A stretch of 64,000 nucleotides of DNA from Gemmatimonadales bacterium (GCA_038254845.1 JBBSFT010000002.1:5059-69058), one strand, 5' to 3'. Positions 47,462 to 58,041 are shown, counted from the stretch's first letter. The notes: a model not told the origin generated them from the letters alone. Numbers and translations: made by a program.

Positions 47462-48579
47462 TCCGTCACAAGCTGCTCGACAGCTTGAACTAACATCGGG
47501 AAGTTGTTGTACCAATTGGCTTTAGCCATTGCCGTCTCGATATTGGTTGAACTCATTCGTATCGCTCGCCCCGCATCCTCCAGCACCATCTCGATCGCGT
47601 CGCACAGCCCCGCCGGATCGCCGGGCGTAGCGAGTGCGCCGTTCACCCCCTGCCCGACCCACTCGAGGTTTCCAAAGCATCTGGTAACCACGACCGGCAG
47701 GCCTGTCGCCATCGCCTCGAGCAACGAGATCGAGCTCCCGTCACTCAGCGCCGAGCTGACATAAACATCCGCCAATCGAAACCAGTCTGGTAGCTCGGCC
47801 TGCGGAATTCGTCCCGGCATGTGCACCAGATGCTCGATGCCGAGATCCCCAATCAAAGCGCGAATCTCACCGGCGAGCGTCCCATCGCCCAGAAGCAGGA
47901 GACGCGCCGCGCTACGGCGCTCATGCAGCCTGGCGAACGCTTTCAGTAAAACGTCGATCGCATAAATCGGCTCCCAGCTTCGCGTGGAGATGACGACCTC
48001 GGCGTCCAGCCAGCCTAGCCGGTGCATCACGTCGAGGCTGCTCGGGCCGGGGGTGAAACGGTCGAGATCCACTCCCCACGGAAATGTGACAATTCGCGAA
48101 TCGTCGGCGAATCCGTGCCGTTTGACGGCTTCCCTGACAGCGAGACAATCCCCGAATACGAGCGCTGATGACTCCAGGGTGCGGATCGTCGCATGACGGC
48201 AAAGCTCGGCCGAGTCCGCATCAATGAGCATGTCACTTCCCCACGATATTGTCACGAGCGGCTCGGAACCGGCGAGCGCCGCGATCAGCGCACCAGACTG
48301 CACCGGTCCGGCGATGACCACGTCGGGTTTCATTTCGGAGAGCACCCGCCGTAGCTCGCGAGCTCGCGCGATCCAATCCGCGCGCGTTGCGGGCATTGTT
48401 GCGTGCGTGGATGAGCGGATCGTGACGCCTTGCGGCAGCGGTCGCGAATCCAGACTCTCGGCTGTCATCGGCATGTGCGTTGGCTGCCAGCCCGCCCGGA
48501 CAAACGATTCGAGGAAACGCCGGTCGTGCGTCGAGTAGCTGCGCGAGACGTAGAGGATTTTCAGGCGACGTCTGTCCAC
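47458..48579 (-). CDS. GT4 glycosyltransferase
   Basis: WGSD, WGVD, STRSWEPIY, SDGSSISLLEAMATG. Confidence 0.85.
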   Translation of the reverse strand: MDRRRLKILYVSRSYSTHDRRFLESFVRAGWQPTHMPMTAESLDSRPLPQGVTIRSSTHATMPATRADWIARARELRRVLSEMKPDVVIAGPVQSGALIAALAGSEPLVTISWGSDMLIDADSAELCRHATIRTLESSALVFGDCLAVREAVKRHGFADDSRIVTFPWGVDLDRFTPGPSSLDVMHRLGWLDAEVVISTRSWEPIYAIDVLLKAFARLHERRSAARLLLLGDGTLAGEIRALIGDLGIEHLVHMPGRIPQAELPDWFRLADVYVSSALSDGSSISLLEAMATGLPVVVTRCFGNLEWVGQGVNGALATPGDPAGLCDAIEMVLEDAGRAIRMSSTNIETAMAKANWYNNFPMLVQAVEQLVTE

Positions 48580-49625
48580 TTCGGATAATCGCCTTTGGAT
48601 ATGTCCCGCGTGAGCTTTCTCCCGATGACCCGGCCGATGTCGAACGGAAAGATCGCGTCGCGCGGGGCGGGCCTCAGCGCTTCGAGATCATCAGGCTCGA
48701 TTGTCTCGCCAGTTCTGAGGTCGCGCGTCGCGCGGAGGCTCCGGCGTTGAATCACGACCGTGTCTCGCTCATTTGGCTCGACGACCTTGTTGCCGTCGCC
48801 CATCGCGTACTCGAGCTCGCGGGTGCGATCGACCATCTCGCGCCATGCCGCCGGGGCGAGCGAGAACGGATGATCGGGACCGTCGCGCTTCCGGTCATCG
48901 GTGAAGTGCTTCTCGATTGCCCTCGCTCCGAGAGTCACCGCTCCGAGCACGGCGGAGTGGCCCGGAGTGTGGTCGCTCAATCCAAGCACCAGGCCCGGAT
49001 ACATCGACGCGAATGTTCTCAGCACGTTGAGCTTGACGTATCGGAAATTCTCGAGTGACCCTGTGTAGTTGGTGTTGCACTGCATGAGCAGCAAATCCCG
49101 ATTGATCGCGACGATTGCATCGACAGCGCGCTGAACCTCACCAATGTCCGACGCGCCTGTCGCCAGCAGCACTGGCTTGCCCTTGCCGGCGATGTGCTCC
49201 AGCATCGCGGTCCAGGTGATATCGCCAGAGCCGATCTTGAATGCCGGTACGTGCTCCTCGAGCATGTCGACGGCGGGCATGTCGTACGGCGACGAGAAGA
49301 AATGGATCCCGGCATCGTCGCACGCTTTTTTCAACGCGCCGGTCCACTCCCACGGCACGGACGCCGACTGATAGACCTCGAACACCGACTGCTTCCACTT
49401 GCTCTGGTGGGAAAGTTGCGGGCCCGCGTCGAATCCTTCGCGGCTGACAATATGCTCTGCCCGAAAGTGCTGAAATTTCGCGGCATCCGCGCCCGCTTCG
49501 GCTGCAGCGGCGATGAGCTCCACGGCGCGGTCCAGGCTGCCGTCGTGATTCGCCGCGATGTCGGCGATGAAATAGGTCGGGTTGTCGTCGCCGATCTCAC
49601 GGTTGGCGATCCTGATTGTCGGCAT
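48561..49625 (-). CDS. neuB: NeuB/PseI/SpsE nonulosonic acid synthase with SAF domain
   Basis: IADIAANHDG, AKFQ, KIGSGD, GLSDHT, IEKHFT, GPDH, RRSL. Confidence 0.93.
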   Translation of the reverse strand: MPTIRIANREIGDDNPTYFIADIAANHDGSLDRAVELIAAAAEAGADAAKFQHFRAEHIVSREGFDAGPQLSHQSKWKQSVFEVYQSASVPWEWTGALKKACDDAGIHFFSSPYDMPAVDMLEEHVPAFKIGSGDITWTAMLEHIAGKGKPVLLATGASDIGEVQRAVDAIVAINRDLLLMQCNTNYTGSLENFRYVKLNVLRTFASMYPGLVLGLSDHTPGHSAVLGAVTLGARAIEKHFTDDRKRDGPDHPFSLAPAAWREMVDRTRELEYAMGDGNKVVEPNERDTVVIQRRSLRATRDLRTGETIEPDDLEALRPAPRDAIFPFDIGRVIGRKLTRDISKGDYPKWTDVA

Positions 49626-49664
49626 GCGCGTCGGCTCGGATTGGTTTCTGGTGCGGGCCGGACG

Positions 49665-50549
49665 TTACGCTTGTCGCCGCAGATTTGCAAAGGCAGCGAC
49701 AGCCTCGTCGACGCACGGCAGGTCGTGCCCGAGTGCCCCCGCCGCGCGCGACGAGTCGAGCGACGTATTCAGCGGTCTTGGCGCCCCGAGCCCCGCATCG
49801 CGAACGCTTGCTGGCTCGACCAGTGATTCATCGAGACCGAGCGCGCGCGCAATGCGTACCGCCAGGTCGTATTTGCCGACCGCATCACCGGACCCGAGGT
49901 GATAGAGGCCGGTCAACCGCAGGTCGAGCATTTCCATCATCAGCTCTGCCGTCGCACAGGCGAATAGGGGCGAGAACACGACATCGGTAAAACCCTTGAT
50001 CGCCTCGCCGGCAGCGAGCCGGTCGGCGATCCACGTCGCGAGCCCCGCACCTTGGTGGCGGGAAACTCCGATGAAATTGGTGCGCACGACGAGCGCATCG
50101 GGCATCGCGTCGGCAACGGCGTGCTCGCCATCGAGCTTCGACTTCGCGTACGCGTTCAGCGGGCGAGGCGTATCCTGCTCAGCATAGTTCCCGCGGCACC
50201 CGTCGAACACCGAGTCGGTGGATACGTGGACAAACGCAACACCGGCATCGGCGCACGCGCGGGCCAGAAGTTGGGGAATCGCGACGTTGAGACGGTGGGC
50301 ACGCCCACGATCGCGTTCACATTCGTCAACGCTCGCAAGCGCCGCGCAGTTGATCACGGCCGATGGCATGAGCAGGTCGAGCATCCTTTCGGCAGCAGAC
50401 GGCTCGGTGAGGTCGAGCGAAACCGTCCGAACGTTGTTGGCCGTGACGCCGCTCCGGTGCGCGACAGAAGCGACGGTTCGCCCCTCGGCCAACGCCTCAG
50501 CGACGACGCTGGTGCCGAGGAATCCGCTTCCTCCCGTGACGACGAGCAT
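49665..50549 (-). CDS. RmlD-like 4-keto-sugar reductase
   Basis: TGGSGFLG, NCAAL..VDECE, HVSTDSVFDG, YAKSK, PRP. Confidence 0.85.
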   Translation of the reverse strand: MLVVTGGSGFLGTSVVAEALAEGRTVASVAHRSGVTANNVRTVSLDLTEPSAAERMLDLLMPSAVINCAALASVDECERDRGRAHRLNVAIPQLLARACADAGVAFVHVSTDSVFDGCRGNYAEQDTPRPLNAYAKSKLDGEHAVADAMPDALVVRTNFIGVSRHQGAGLATWIADRLAAGEAIKGFTDVVFSPLFACATAELMMEMLDLRLTGLYHLGSGDAVGKYDLAVRIARALGLDESLVEPASVRDAGLGAPRPLNTSLDSSRAAGALGHDLPCVDEAVAAFANLRRQA

Positions 50550-50552
50550 CGG

Positions 50553-51554
50553 TCAGCTCGCGACGAGCTTGCCCGCCCCGATCATCTGCTCCATCTCGTC
50601 CGGACTGAGCCATTGCGAGTTGGTCTCGCTGCTATAGCGAAACCCTTCGGCACAAGGCTTTCCGCCGCGCTGGCTGATGTATGTGTCACGGTTCCAATGC
50701 CGTCCGCTCGGAAGAATGGAGTAGTAGTCGTCGAACTCGACTGTATTCTGGGCGTCGTCTTCACCGACCATGAGCTCGTGCACCTTCTCGCCCGGACGCT
50801 TGCCGACAATCTCGAGCTCGCAGTCCGGTCCGATCGCGCGAGCGAGATCGATGAGTTTCATGCTCGGGATCTTCGGGACGAAGATCTCGCCGCCGGTCAT
50901 TCGGCCAAAGCAGCTCAGCACGAACTCGACTCCCTGCTCGAGAGTGATCCAGAAGCGAGTCATCCGAGCGTCGGTAACCGGCAGCTTGCCAGTCGCTCGC
51001 TGCTTGAGGAAAAACGGAACCACGCTGCCGCGGCTGCCGACGACATTGCCATACCGCACGACGCTGAACCGTGTATCGCGGCCGCCCGCAAGTGCGTTCG
51101 CAGCGGTGAACAGCTTGTCGGAGCAGAGCTTCGTTGCGCCGTAAAGGTTGATCGGGCTCGCGGCCTTGTCGGTGCTCAAGGCGATGATTCGCGAGACCCC
51201 CCGATCGATCGCCGCATCAATGACGTTGGCCGCGCCAAGGACGTTCGTCTTCACCGCCTCGATTGGATTGTATTCCGCGGCCGGAACCTGCTTGAGAGCG
51301 GCCGCATGCACGACGTAGTCAACGCCGTCGAACGCGCGGAACAGCCGCTCGCGGTCGCGGACATCGCCAATGAAATATCTGATCGACGGGTAGTTCGACT
51401 CGCTGAACTGTTCCTGCATCTCGAATTGCTTCAGCTCGTCGCGACTGAACACGATCAACTTCTGCGGCTTGTATCGATTGAGAACTATTTCGACAAAACG
51501 GCGACCGAACGAGCCGGTCCCGCCGGTAATCAGCACTGTCTTTCCGTTGAGCAT
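50553..51554 (-). CDS. pseB: UDP-GlcNAc 4,6-dehydratase (inverting), PseB
   Basis: TGGTGSFG, FSRDELKQ, HAAALKQVPAAEYNP, STDKA, NLYGATK, RYGNVVGSRGSV, MTRFWI. Confidence 0.93.
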   Translation of the reverse strand: MLNGKTVLITGGTGSFGRRFVEIVLNRYKPQKLIVFSRDELKQFEMQEQFSESNYPSIRYFIGDVRDRERLFRAFDGVDYVVHAAALKQVPAAEYNPIEAVKTNVLGAANVIDAAIDRGVSRIIALSTDKAASPINLYGATKLCSDKLFTAANALAGGRDTRFSVVRYGNVVGSRGSVVPFFLKQRATGKLPVTDARMTRFWITLEQGVEFVLSCFGRMTGGEIFVPKIPSMKLIDLARAIGPDCELEIVGKRPGEKVHELMVGEDDAQNTVEFDDYYSILPSGRHWNRDTYISQRGGKPCAEGFRYSSETNSQWLSPDEMEQMIGAGKLVAS

Positions 51555-52918
51555 CAAATTCCCGTTGTAATTCCTGTCGAGGCCATCTCGGCGGGGCGGC
51601 CAAGTGCCGTGCTGCCCGCAACGACCCGCCCAATTACGGGTGCCTGCGCAACCGTCATCCGCGACGGAAGAGAGAATATTCCGAACGGCTGGGCCGGATC
51701 GAAATTGTCGTGCATTCGTCTTGAGCCCGCTGCAATGACGAGCGGCGGCGTGAGATCGTCAAGGACGTCGTAATTTGTCTTCGTGGGCACCGATTCGCTC
51801 AGATGGAGATAAATCGGATATTCGCCCGGCCTGATGTACACATCGGGCAGATCGACGACGACGGTGCCGGTCGATCCCGGCTCCACCATTCGTTCGGTCA
51901 CAACATGCCGGGCCGAGGTCACCATGTCGCGCGACAAACCTGACCGCAGCGCGACTACGACCGCAACTCCGCGCATCGGCTGGTTGGCCCGGTAGGACAA
52001 TCGGAACCGCACGGTCTCGCCCATGTCGAACGCGTAACGCTCCGCGCCCGATAGATCTTCGACCGACACCGCCGTAAATCGCACGGCTCCCGATCCGCGG
52101 CGATTTTCCGGATTGTTCACGCCGGACTCCGCATCGACGCGCATGTCGCGCAAGTGCTGGTTGTACACGGTGAGTGTCTCGTCCGTCGGCCCGTCGGCCG
52201 CCACCTCGCCATGTTCGAGCAGCACACACCGCGTGCAGAGCTGTCTGATCGCCTGGGTGTTGTGACTGACGAAGAACACCGTCCTGCCCTGCCCCGCCAC
52301 GTCTTCCATTTTGCCGAGGCACTTCTTCTGGAACGCGGCGTCACCAACCGCGAGCACTTCGTCCACAAAGAGAATCTCGGGCTCGAGAAACGCCGCGACG
52401 GCAAACGCAAGACGCGTGAACATTCCGCTGCTGTACCGCTTGGTCGGTGTGTCGATGAACTGCTGGACTTCCGCAAAGCTCACGATGTCGTCGAACCGCG
52501 CCGCGATCTCGCTCCTGCGCATGCCGAGAATGGCGCCGCTCAAGAATACGTTCTCGCGACCGGTGAGCTCCATGTGAAATCCCGTTCCCACCTCGAGCAG
52601 TGCGCCGACGCGCCCGTAAATGTCCGCTCGTCCCGACGTGGGGTCGGTGATCCGCGACAAAATCTTGAGAAGCGTGCTCTTGCCGGCGCCGTTCCGTCCG
52701 ATCAACCCGACGACCTCGCCCTTGGTCACATCGAACGACACATCCCGAAGCGCCCAGAACGTTTCGAGCGTGTCCGATTGCCCGCGGGCGCGCTTCCAGA
52801 GTTTGCGGGGAAGCGCGACAACCTCCTCCTGAAGCGTGCGATACGGCTGAACGCCGAGCGCGCGCGCGATCTGATACGACTTGGAGATCCCCCGGATGCT
52901 GATCGATAGATCGCTCAT
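51554..52918 (-). CDS. wzt: Polysaccharide ABC transporter ATPase with C-terminal Wzt_C domain
   Basis: GRNGAGKST, YSSGM, DEVLAVGD, VSH; extra beta-sandwich (GSG.V...PGEY); ATGA-coupled. Confidence 0.92.
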   Translation of the reverse strand: MSDLSISIRGISKSYQIARALGVQPYRTLQEEVVALPRKLWKRARGQSDTLETFWALRDVSFDVTKGEVVGLIGRNGAGKSTLLKILSRITDPTSGRADIYGRVGALLEVGTGFHMELTGRENVFLSGAILGMRRSEIAARFDDIVSFAEVQQFIDTPTKRYSSGMFTRLAFAVAAFLEPEILFVDEVLAVGDAAFQKKCLGKMEDVAGQGRTVFFVSHNTQAIRQLCTRCVLLEHGEVAADGPTDETLTVYNQHLRDMRVDAESGVNNPENRRGSGAVRFTAVSVEDLSGAERYAFDMGETVRFRLSYRANQPMRGVAVVVALRSGLSRDMVTSARHVVTERMVEPGSTGTVVVDLPDVYIRPGEYPIYLHLSESVPTKTNYDVLDDLTPPLVIAAGSRRMHDNFDPAQPFGIFSLPSRMTVAQAPVIGRVVAGSTALGRPAEMASTGITTGI

Positions 52919-53784
52919 ACGTTGTCGGCGAACCCGCGCTCGACCCGGCGAAAGAAAAACGCGCCGCCAATGAACACAGCCACCGCAATTGCACTCGAGA
53001 CAATCACCATCTGCACCGTCAACGAGCTTCCGCCCAGAATCGCCCACCGAAAGCCTTCAATGAACGCTACCGCCGGATTGAGTCCGTAGAGGTAGCGCCA
53101 TTTCTCGGGAACGAGAGTAGTGGCGTAGACAACCGGACTGGCGAACATCCACACCTGAAGCAGAAACGGCATCGCGTGCACGAAGTCTCGGTATCTGACG
53201 TTGAGCGCCGACAGCCAGAGACTCACTCCCGCCGCCGATACTCCGGCGAGCAGAATGAAGAACGGTAGCGTGATGATGCGCCACGTCGGTGCGACCTGGT
53301 AAATCACCAGTAGAATCGCGAGCACCCCGAGAGCGACACCAAGGTCGATCAGCGCCGAGAAGGTGCTCGCCAGCGGGATTGCAAGTCTCGGGAAATACAC
53401 TTTCGTGATCAGCCGCGCGTCGGTAATGAGGCTGTTGCCAGCACGCTGAAGCACCCCCGCGAAATAATTCCACGCGATCACGCCCGCGAACACGAACAAC
53501 GCGTACGGATGCCCATCGCTCGGCAGCTTCGCGAACCGGCCGAACATCACCGCGAAGATGAGCGATGCCATCAGCGGCTGAAGAATCACCCACGTCACGC
53601 CGAGGCCGGTCTGCTTGTACCTGAGCTTGACTTCCCGGCCGGCGAGAATGAATAGCAGGTCGCTATATGTCCAGAGCTCGCGAAGATTCAGCGAGGCCCA
53701 GCCCGTCGACGCCCGGATAACTACAGTCGGCCGGCGCTCCGCCACGCGTTCGGGCAAATCGCCAGTGTCAACAACCGCTTCCAT
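52915..53784 (-). CDS. wzm: Polysaccharide ABC transporter permease
   Basis: RYKQTGLGVTWVILQP, LITKVYFPR, NVRYRD, SPVVY, LNP. Confidence 0.92.
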   Translation of the reverse strand: MEAVVDTGDLPERVAERRPTVVIRASTGWASLNLRELWTYSDLLFILAGREVKLRYKQTGLGVTWVILQPLMASLIFAVMFGRFAKLPSDGHPYALFVFAGVIAWNYFAGVLQRAGNSLITDARLITKVYFPRLAIPLASTFSALIDLGVALGVLAILLVIYQVAPTWRIITLPFFILLAGVSAAGVSLWLSALNVRYRDFVHAMPFLLQVWMFASPVVYATTLVPEKWRYLYGLNPAVAFIEGFRWAILGGSSLTVQMVIVSSAIAVAVFIGGAFFFRRVERGFADNV

Positions 53785-53786
53785 CT

Positions 53787-54752
53787 CTACCCGGCCCGCG
53801 CCGCGAGCTGCGGGGAAGTCGACCGAAACCATTCATAGGTGCGACGAATCCCTTCTTTCAGATCGATCGACGGCGACCAGCCGGTGCCCTGAATCTTTGA
53901 CGAGTCGAGCAACTTTCTCGGCGTACCATCGGGTTTGGTTGAATCCCATTCAATATCACCGTCATAACCGACGACGGACGCGATAATCTCAGCCAGCTCC
54001 CGAATCGAGAGGTCGCTTCCGTAGCCAACATTGTAGAGGCCGGTTGCACCGCTTTCAACAAGGCTGAGCGCGGCAAGCGCGGCGTCGTCGACGTGGAGAA
54101 ATTCGCGCTTGGCCAATCCCGTACCCCACAGCTTCACGATCGCGGACTCACCAGATTTCTGCCGCTCCGCCGCATCGTGAAATTTGCGGATCAAGGCGGG
54201 CAACACGTGCGACGTCTCGAGGTCGAAGTTGTCGTTCGGTCCGTAAAGATTGGTCGGCATCAGGGAAAGCCACGGCTTGCCGAACTGGCTCGTAGCCGCC
54301 TCGACCAATTTGAGCCCGGCGATCTTGGCGATAGCATACGGCTCGTTGGTTTGCTCCAGGGGACTCGTCAGCAGATCTGATTCGCTGATCGGCTGTGGCG
54401 CGAGCCGCGGATAGATACATGAGCTTCCAAAGAACACGAACTTGTCCGTCCCAGCCTCCAGTGCAGCGCCGAGGACGTTCGCTTCGATCACCATGTTCTG
54501 GTAGAGAAAGTCCCAGCGGAATGCGTTGTTGGCGCCGATGCCACCGACTTTCGCGGCCGCGAAGAACACCGCTTCCGGACGGTTCTCGCGAAAGAACGCG
54601 CGCACCGCTTTCTGGTCCATCAGGTCGAGCTCTTCTCGCGTGCGAACGAGCGGCTCCGGGGCGCCGGACGCTGCAAGCGCGCGCACGATGGCGGAGCCAA
54701 GCAGGCCGCGGTGACCCGCTACGAACGCGCGTTCCGTCGCTTGCCCGGTCAT
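53787..54752 (-). CDS. fcl: GDP-L-fucose synthase
   Basis: [58 protein letters not shown]. Confidence 0.93.
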   Translation of the reverse strand: MTGQATERAFVAGHRGLLGSAIVRALAASGAPEPLVRTREELDLMDQKAVRAFFRENRPEAVFFAAAKVGGIGANNAFRWDFLYQNMVIEANVLGAALEAGTDKFVFFGSSCIYPRLAPQPISESDLLTSPLEQTNEPYAIAKIAGLKLVEAATSQFGKPWLSLMPTNLYGPNDNFDLETSHVLPALIRKFHDAAERQKSGESAIVKLWGTGLAKREFLHVDDAALAALSLVESGATGLYNVGYGSDLSIRELAEIIASVVGYDGDIEWDSTKPDGTPRKLLDSSKIQGTGWSPSIDLKEGIRRTYEWFRSTSPQLAARAG

Positions 54753-55840
54753 TTCAGAAGCGTCGCGAGCGCCGCCTGCGACGACTCGACCGTGAACGGT
54801 TGGCCCGTCACAACCGAATTGACATCGGCGTCGACCATCATCTCGATGAGATCCTTGAACCCGACACGCGGCGACCATCCGAGCTCCGTCCGTGCCTTCG
54901 TCGCATCCCCGATGAGGAGATCGACTTCCGTGGGCCGGAAATAACGGGGGTCGATCGCGACGATGACGTTGCCGGTGGCCGCATCGCGGCCGACCTCGTT
55001 CTCATCCGTCCCGCTGAACTCGAGCTCGATGCCAACCCGGGCAAACGCATGCTGGCAAAACTCGCGAACCGTGTGGGTCTCACCAGTCGCCAGAACATAG
55101 TCGGCCGGCGAATCGTGCTGGAGCATGCGCCACATTCCTTCCACGTAATCGCCGGCAAAACCCCAGTCGCGCTTGGCATCGAGATTCCCAAGGAAGAGCT
55201 TGTCCTGAAGGCCCTCGTGAATCCGCGCTGCCGCCATCGTGATCTTGCGCGTCACGAATGTCTCGCCGCGGATGGGCGACTCGTGGTTGAAGAGGATTCC
55301 TGAGCAAGCGTGGATGTTGTACGCCTCGCGGTAGTTGACGACGATCCAGTGCGCGTAGAGCTTGGCCACGGCATAGGGAGACCGCGGATAAAACGGCGTT
55401 GTCTCGCTCTGCGGCACAGCCTGCACCTTGCCGTACATCTCCGATGTGGAGGCCTGATAAAACCTCACTTTGTCGGGCATTCCGAGAATGCGGAGAGCCT
55501 CCAGCAACCGGAGCGTGCCCAGCCCATCGGCGTTACCCGTGTACTCGGGCGTCTCGAACGAGACCTGGACGTGGCTCTGGGCGGCCAGATTGTAGATCTC
55601 GTCAGGCTGGGTCTCCTGAACGATCCGGATGAGATTGGTGGCATCGGTGAGGTCACCGTAGTGCATCTCGAACCGGGAATGCACGTCCTGAGGCTCCGTA
55701 TAGATGCCATCGACCCTCTGGGTATTGAACGACGAGGCACGGCGTTTGATACCGTGAACCTTGTAACCTTTACTCAGCAGCAGCCGGGCGAGGTACGCGC
55801 CGTCCTGGCCGGTGACGCCCGTGATGAGCGCAGTCTTCAT
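54749..55840 (-). CDS. gmd: GDP-mannose 4,6-dehydratase
   Basis: [49 protein letters not shown]. Confidence 0.96.
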   Translation of the reverse strand: MKTALITGVTGQDGAYLARLLLSKGYKVHGIKRRASSFNTQRVDGIYTEPQDVHSRFEMHYGDLTDATNLIRIVQETQPDEIYNLAAQSHVQVSFETPEYTGNADGLGTLRLLEALRILGMPDKVRFYQASTSEMYGKVQAVPQSETTPFYPRSPYAVAKLYAHWIVVNYREAYNIHACSGILFNHESPIRGETFVTRKITMAAARIHEGLQDKLFLGNLDAKRDWGFAGDYVEGMWRMLQHDSPADYVLATGETHTVREFCQHAFARVGIELEFSGTDENEVGRDAATGNVIVAIDPRYFRPTEVDLLIGDATKARTELGWSPRVGFKDLIEMMVDADVNSVVTGQPFTVESSQAALATLLK

Positions 55841-56127
55841 TGGAAGTTGATGCGATGGATGAAACCGGTGACAAGACTTGCCGCCGGGAGCGAACTTGAA
55901 TGCGATGGGATAGACCGCCGCAATTTACATCCGTGGCGTGTTCAGTCAATCAGACAGAGGGTGTCTCCACGGTACGTAACTCCGCACCAATCTACAACAT
56001 GCGCATTGTGCACCGACCGATTATAGGTAGATTTTCCCGAAACCTGTGGGACTGCAAACCCCGATGAGCGTGGACATCTTTACCGGAGCCACGGCCCGGC
56101 CGGGAAACACTTGAAATCAGAAATATT
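55841..56127. promoter_or_regulatory. Divergent promoter region between gmd and capD
   Basis: AT-richer 287-bp gap; perfect TATAAT on the minus strand at 56020-56025; TTGTGC-N16-TAGATT on the plus strand near 56006-56033. Confidence 0.45.
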
Positions 56128-58041
56128 TTGACGTCCACGTCCGTTCGTAACAGACATCTGCTCGTCCTCGATACAGTGTCGGTCATTACCGCCGCGCTGA
56201 TTGCCTTCCTGGTCCGCTTCGAGCACGCCGACTGGATCAGCCAGAACCTCCGGCTGGTAGAGTTCTACCTCCTTATGTCGGTCCCGCTCAGAATCCTTGC
56301 ATTCTTCGCGGCCGGCATGTACAAGCGCCTCTGGCGCCACGCCAGCGTCGACGAGATGAAGCCGGTCATTGTTGCCGCGGTCGGCGGCGGACTTGTCTGC
56401 GCCGCCGTCGGACTCGTGATCCTCCCCGTCTTCAACATCACGGCGACCCGCGTTCCGTTCTCGGTCGTATTCATCGACACGTTCCTCACCGCGCTTCTCA
56501 TTGCCCTGCCCCGCGTCCTTGTTCGCGTCGGCCGCCGCGGCTACATGAGACGCCGCCGCGATGACGTCGGCAAGCGCGTCCTCATCGTCGGCGCCGGCGA
56601 TGCAGGCAAGCTCGTCGCCAAGGAATTGTTCGCGTCGAGCCAGCTAGGCCTCGAGCCGATCGGATTCGTTGACAGCGATGCCCAGAAACACGGCCACATG
56701 CTCGCGGGCCTGCCGGTGTTCGGACCGCTCGCTCATATCCCGGAGATCGTCGAGCGTTTTGGCGTCGCCGAGCTGATCATCGCGATGCCGTCAGCGCCCG
56801 GTACTGTCATTCGTCAGGTGATCCGGACCGCGTTGAGTTGCGGCATCCAGACGCGAACGGTCCCGAGCCTTCCCGAGATCATCTCCAAGCAGGGCAGCGC
56901 GACTGGCCTCCGCGAAGTCGAGATTCAGGACCTTCTCCGCCGCGATGCGGTCGAGACAGATCTTGCTGCGGTCGCCGAGCTTGCAACGGGTGAGACGGTT
57001 CTCATCACCGGCGCCGGCGGCTCCATCGGCTCCGAGCTCTGCCGGCAACTCGCGCGACTTGCTCCGGCACGCCTCATCCTGCTTGGCCACGGCGAGAACT
57101 CGATCTTCGACATCTATCAGGAGCTGCTACTGAGCTTCCCTGACGTCGCGATCATGCCGGTCATCGCCGACGTCCGCGACCGCGCGCGCATTGCGCACAT
57201 CTTTCAACAGTATCGCCCGCATGCCGTTTTCCACGCCGCCGCGCACAAGCACGTACCGCTCATGGAAGACAACGTGCTCGAAGCGGTTACGAACAACATT
57301 CAGGGCACACGCAACGTCGTCGATGCGGCGGTCGAGACGGACATTCAGCACTTCGTCCTCATCTCCACCGACAAGGCGGTTCGGCCAACAAGCGTCATGG
57401 GCGCCACCAAGCGCGTCGCCGAGCAGATCGTCCAGCACGCCGCGGCGAAATACCACCGCAACTTTGTCTCGGTTCGATTCGGCAACGTGCTTGGATCACG
57501 CGGCTCAGTCGTTCCGACGTTCCTGCGCCAGATCCGCGCGGGTGGGCCGGTGACGGTCACGCATCCCGAGATGCGTCGCTACTTCATGACCATCCCCGAA
57601 GCGGTGCAGCTCGTGCTTCAGGCCGGCGCACTCGGCCGCGGTGGGGAGGTATTCGTGCTCGACATGGGCGAGCAGATCAGGGTGGTCGATATCGCGACGG
57701 ATCTCATCCGTCTGTCCGGCCTCGAGGTCGGCACCGACATCGAGATTGTGTTCTCCGGCGTGCGGCCCGGTGAGAAGCTGTACGAGGAGATGTTCTTTAC
57801 CGCGGAGAACGTGCTCCCGACCGACCACCCGAAAGTTCTTCGCGCGCGCAACGGCCTTCTCGCCGAAGGCACGACGAAAAAGATGGAGTCGCTCATCCGC
57901 GCCGCCGACGCCGGCCGCTCCTCGGCCGACGAGATCAGACGGCTGCTTCAGGTGCTCGTTCCCGACTTCCACCAGCACAGTGCCGTGGTGCACGAGGAAG
58001 ACGTTCGCGGCGACCGCGTCGAGACAATCCGCCACGCCTGA
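56128..58041 (+). CDS. CapD/WbpM/PglF-type membrane-anchored UDP-GlcNAc 4,6-dehydratase
   Basis: N-terminal TMs, GAGDAG domain, TGAGGSIGSEL, HAAAHKHVP, STDKAV, MGATK, RFGNVLGSRGSV. Confidence 0.92.
   Translation: MTSTSVRNRHLLVLDTVSVITAALIAFLVRFEHADWISQNLRLVEFYLLMSVPLRILAFFAAGMYKRLWRHASVDEMKPVIVAAVGGGLVCAAVGLVILPVFNITATRVPFSVVFIDTFLTALLIALPRVLVRVGRRGYMRRRRDDVGKRVLIVGAGDAGKLVAKELFASSQLGLEPIGFVDSDAQKHGHMLAGLPVFGPLAHIPEIVERFGVAELIIAMPSAPGTVIRQVIRTALSCGIQTRTVPSLPEIISKQGSATGLREVEIQDLLRRDAVETDLAAVAELATGETVLITGAGGSIGSELCRQLARLAPARLILLGHGENSIFDIYQELLLSFPDVAIMPVIADVRDRARIAHIFQQYRPHAVFHAAAHKHVPLMEDNVLEAVTNNIQGTRNVVDAAVETDIQHFVLISTDKAVRPTSVMGATKRVAEQIVQHAAAKYHRNFVSVRFGNVLGSRGSVVPTFLRQIRAGGPVTVTHPEMRRYFMTIPEAVQLVLQAGALGRGGEVFVLDMGEQIRVVDIATDLIRLSGLEVGTDIEIVFSGVRPGEKLYEEMFFTAENVLPTDHPKVLRARNGLLAEGTTKKMESLIRAADAGRSSADEIRRLLQVLVPDFHQHSAVVHEEDVRGDRVETIRHA

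Noticed and set aside
50052-51773. 573-aa plus-strand ORF, and similar long antisense ORFs (12043, 16810, 22102, 37374, 44321)
   Set aside because: Shadow ORFs opposite well-supported high-GC genes; no recognisable motifs
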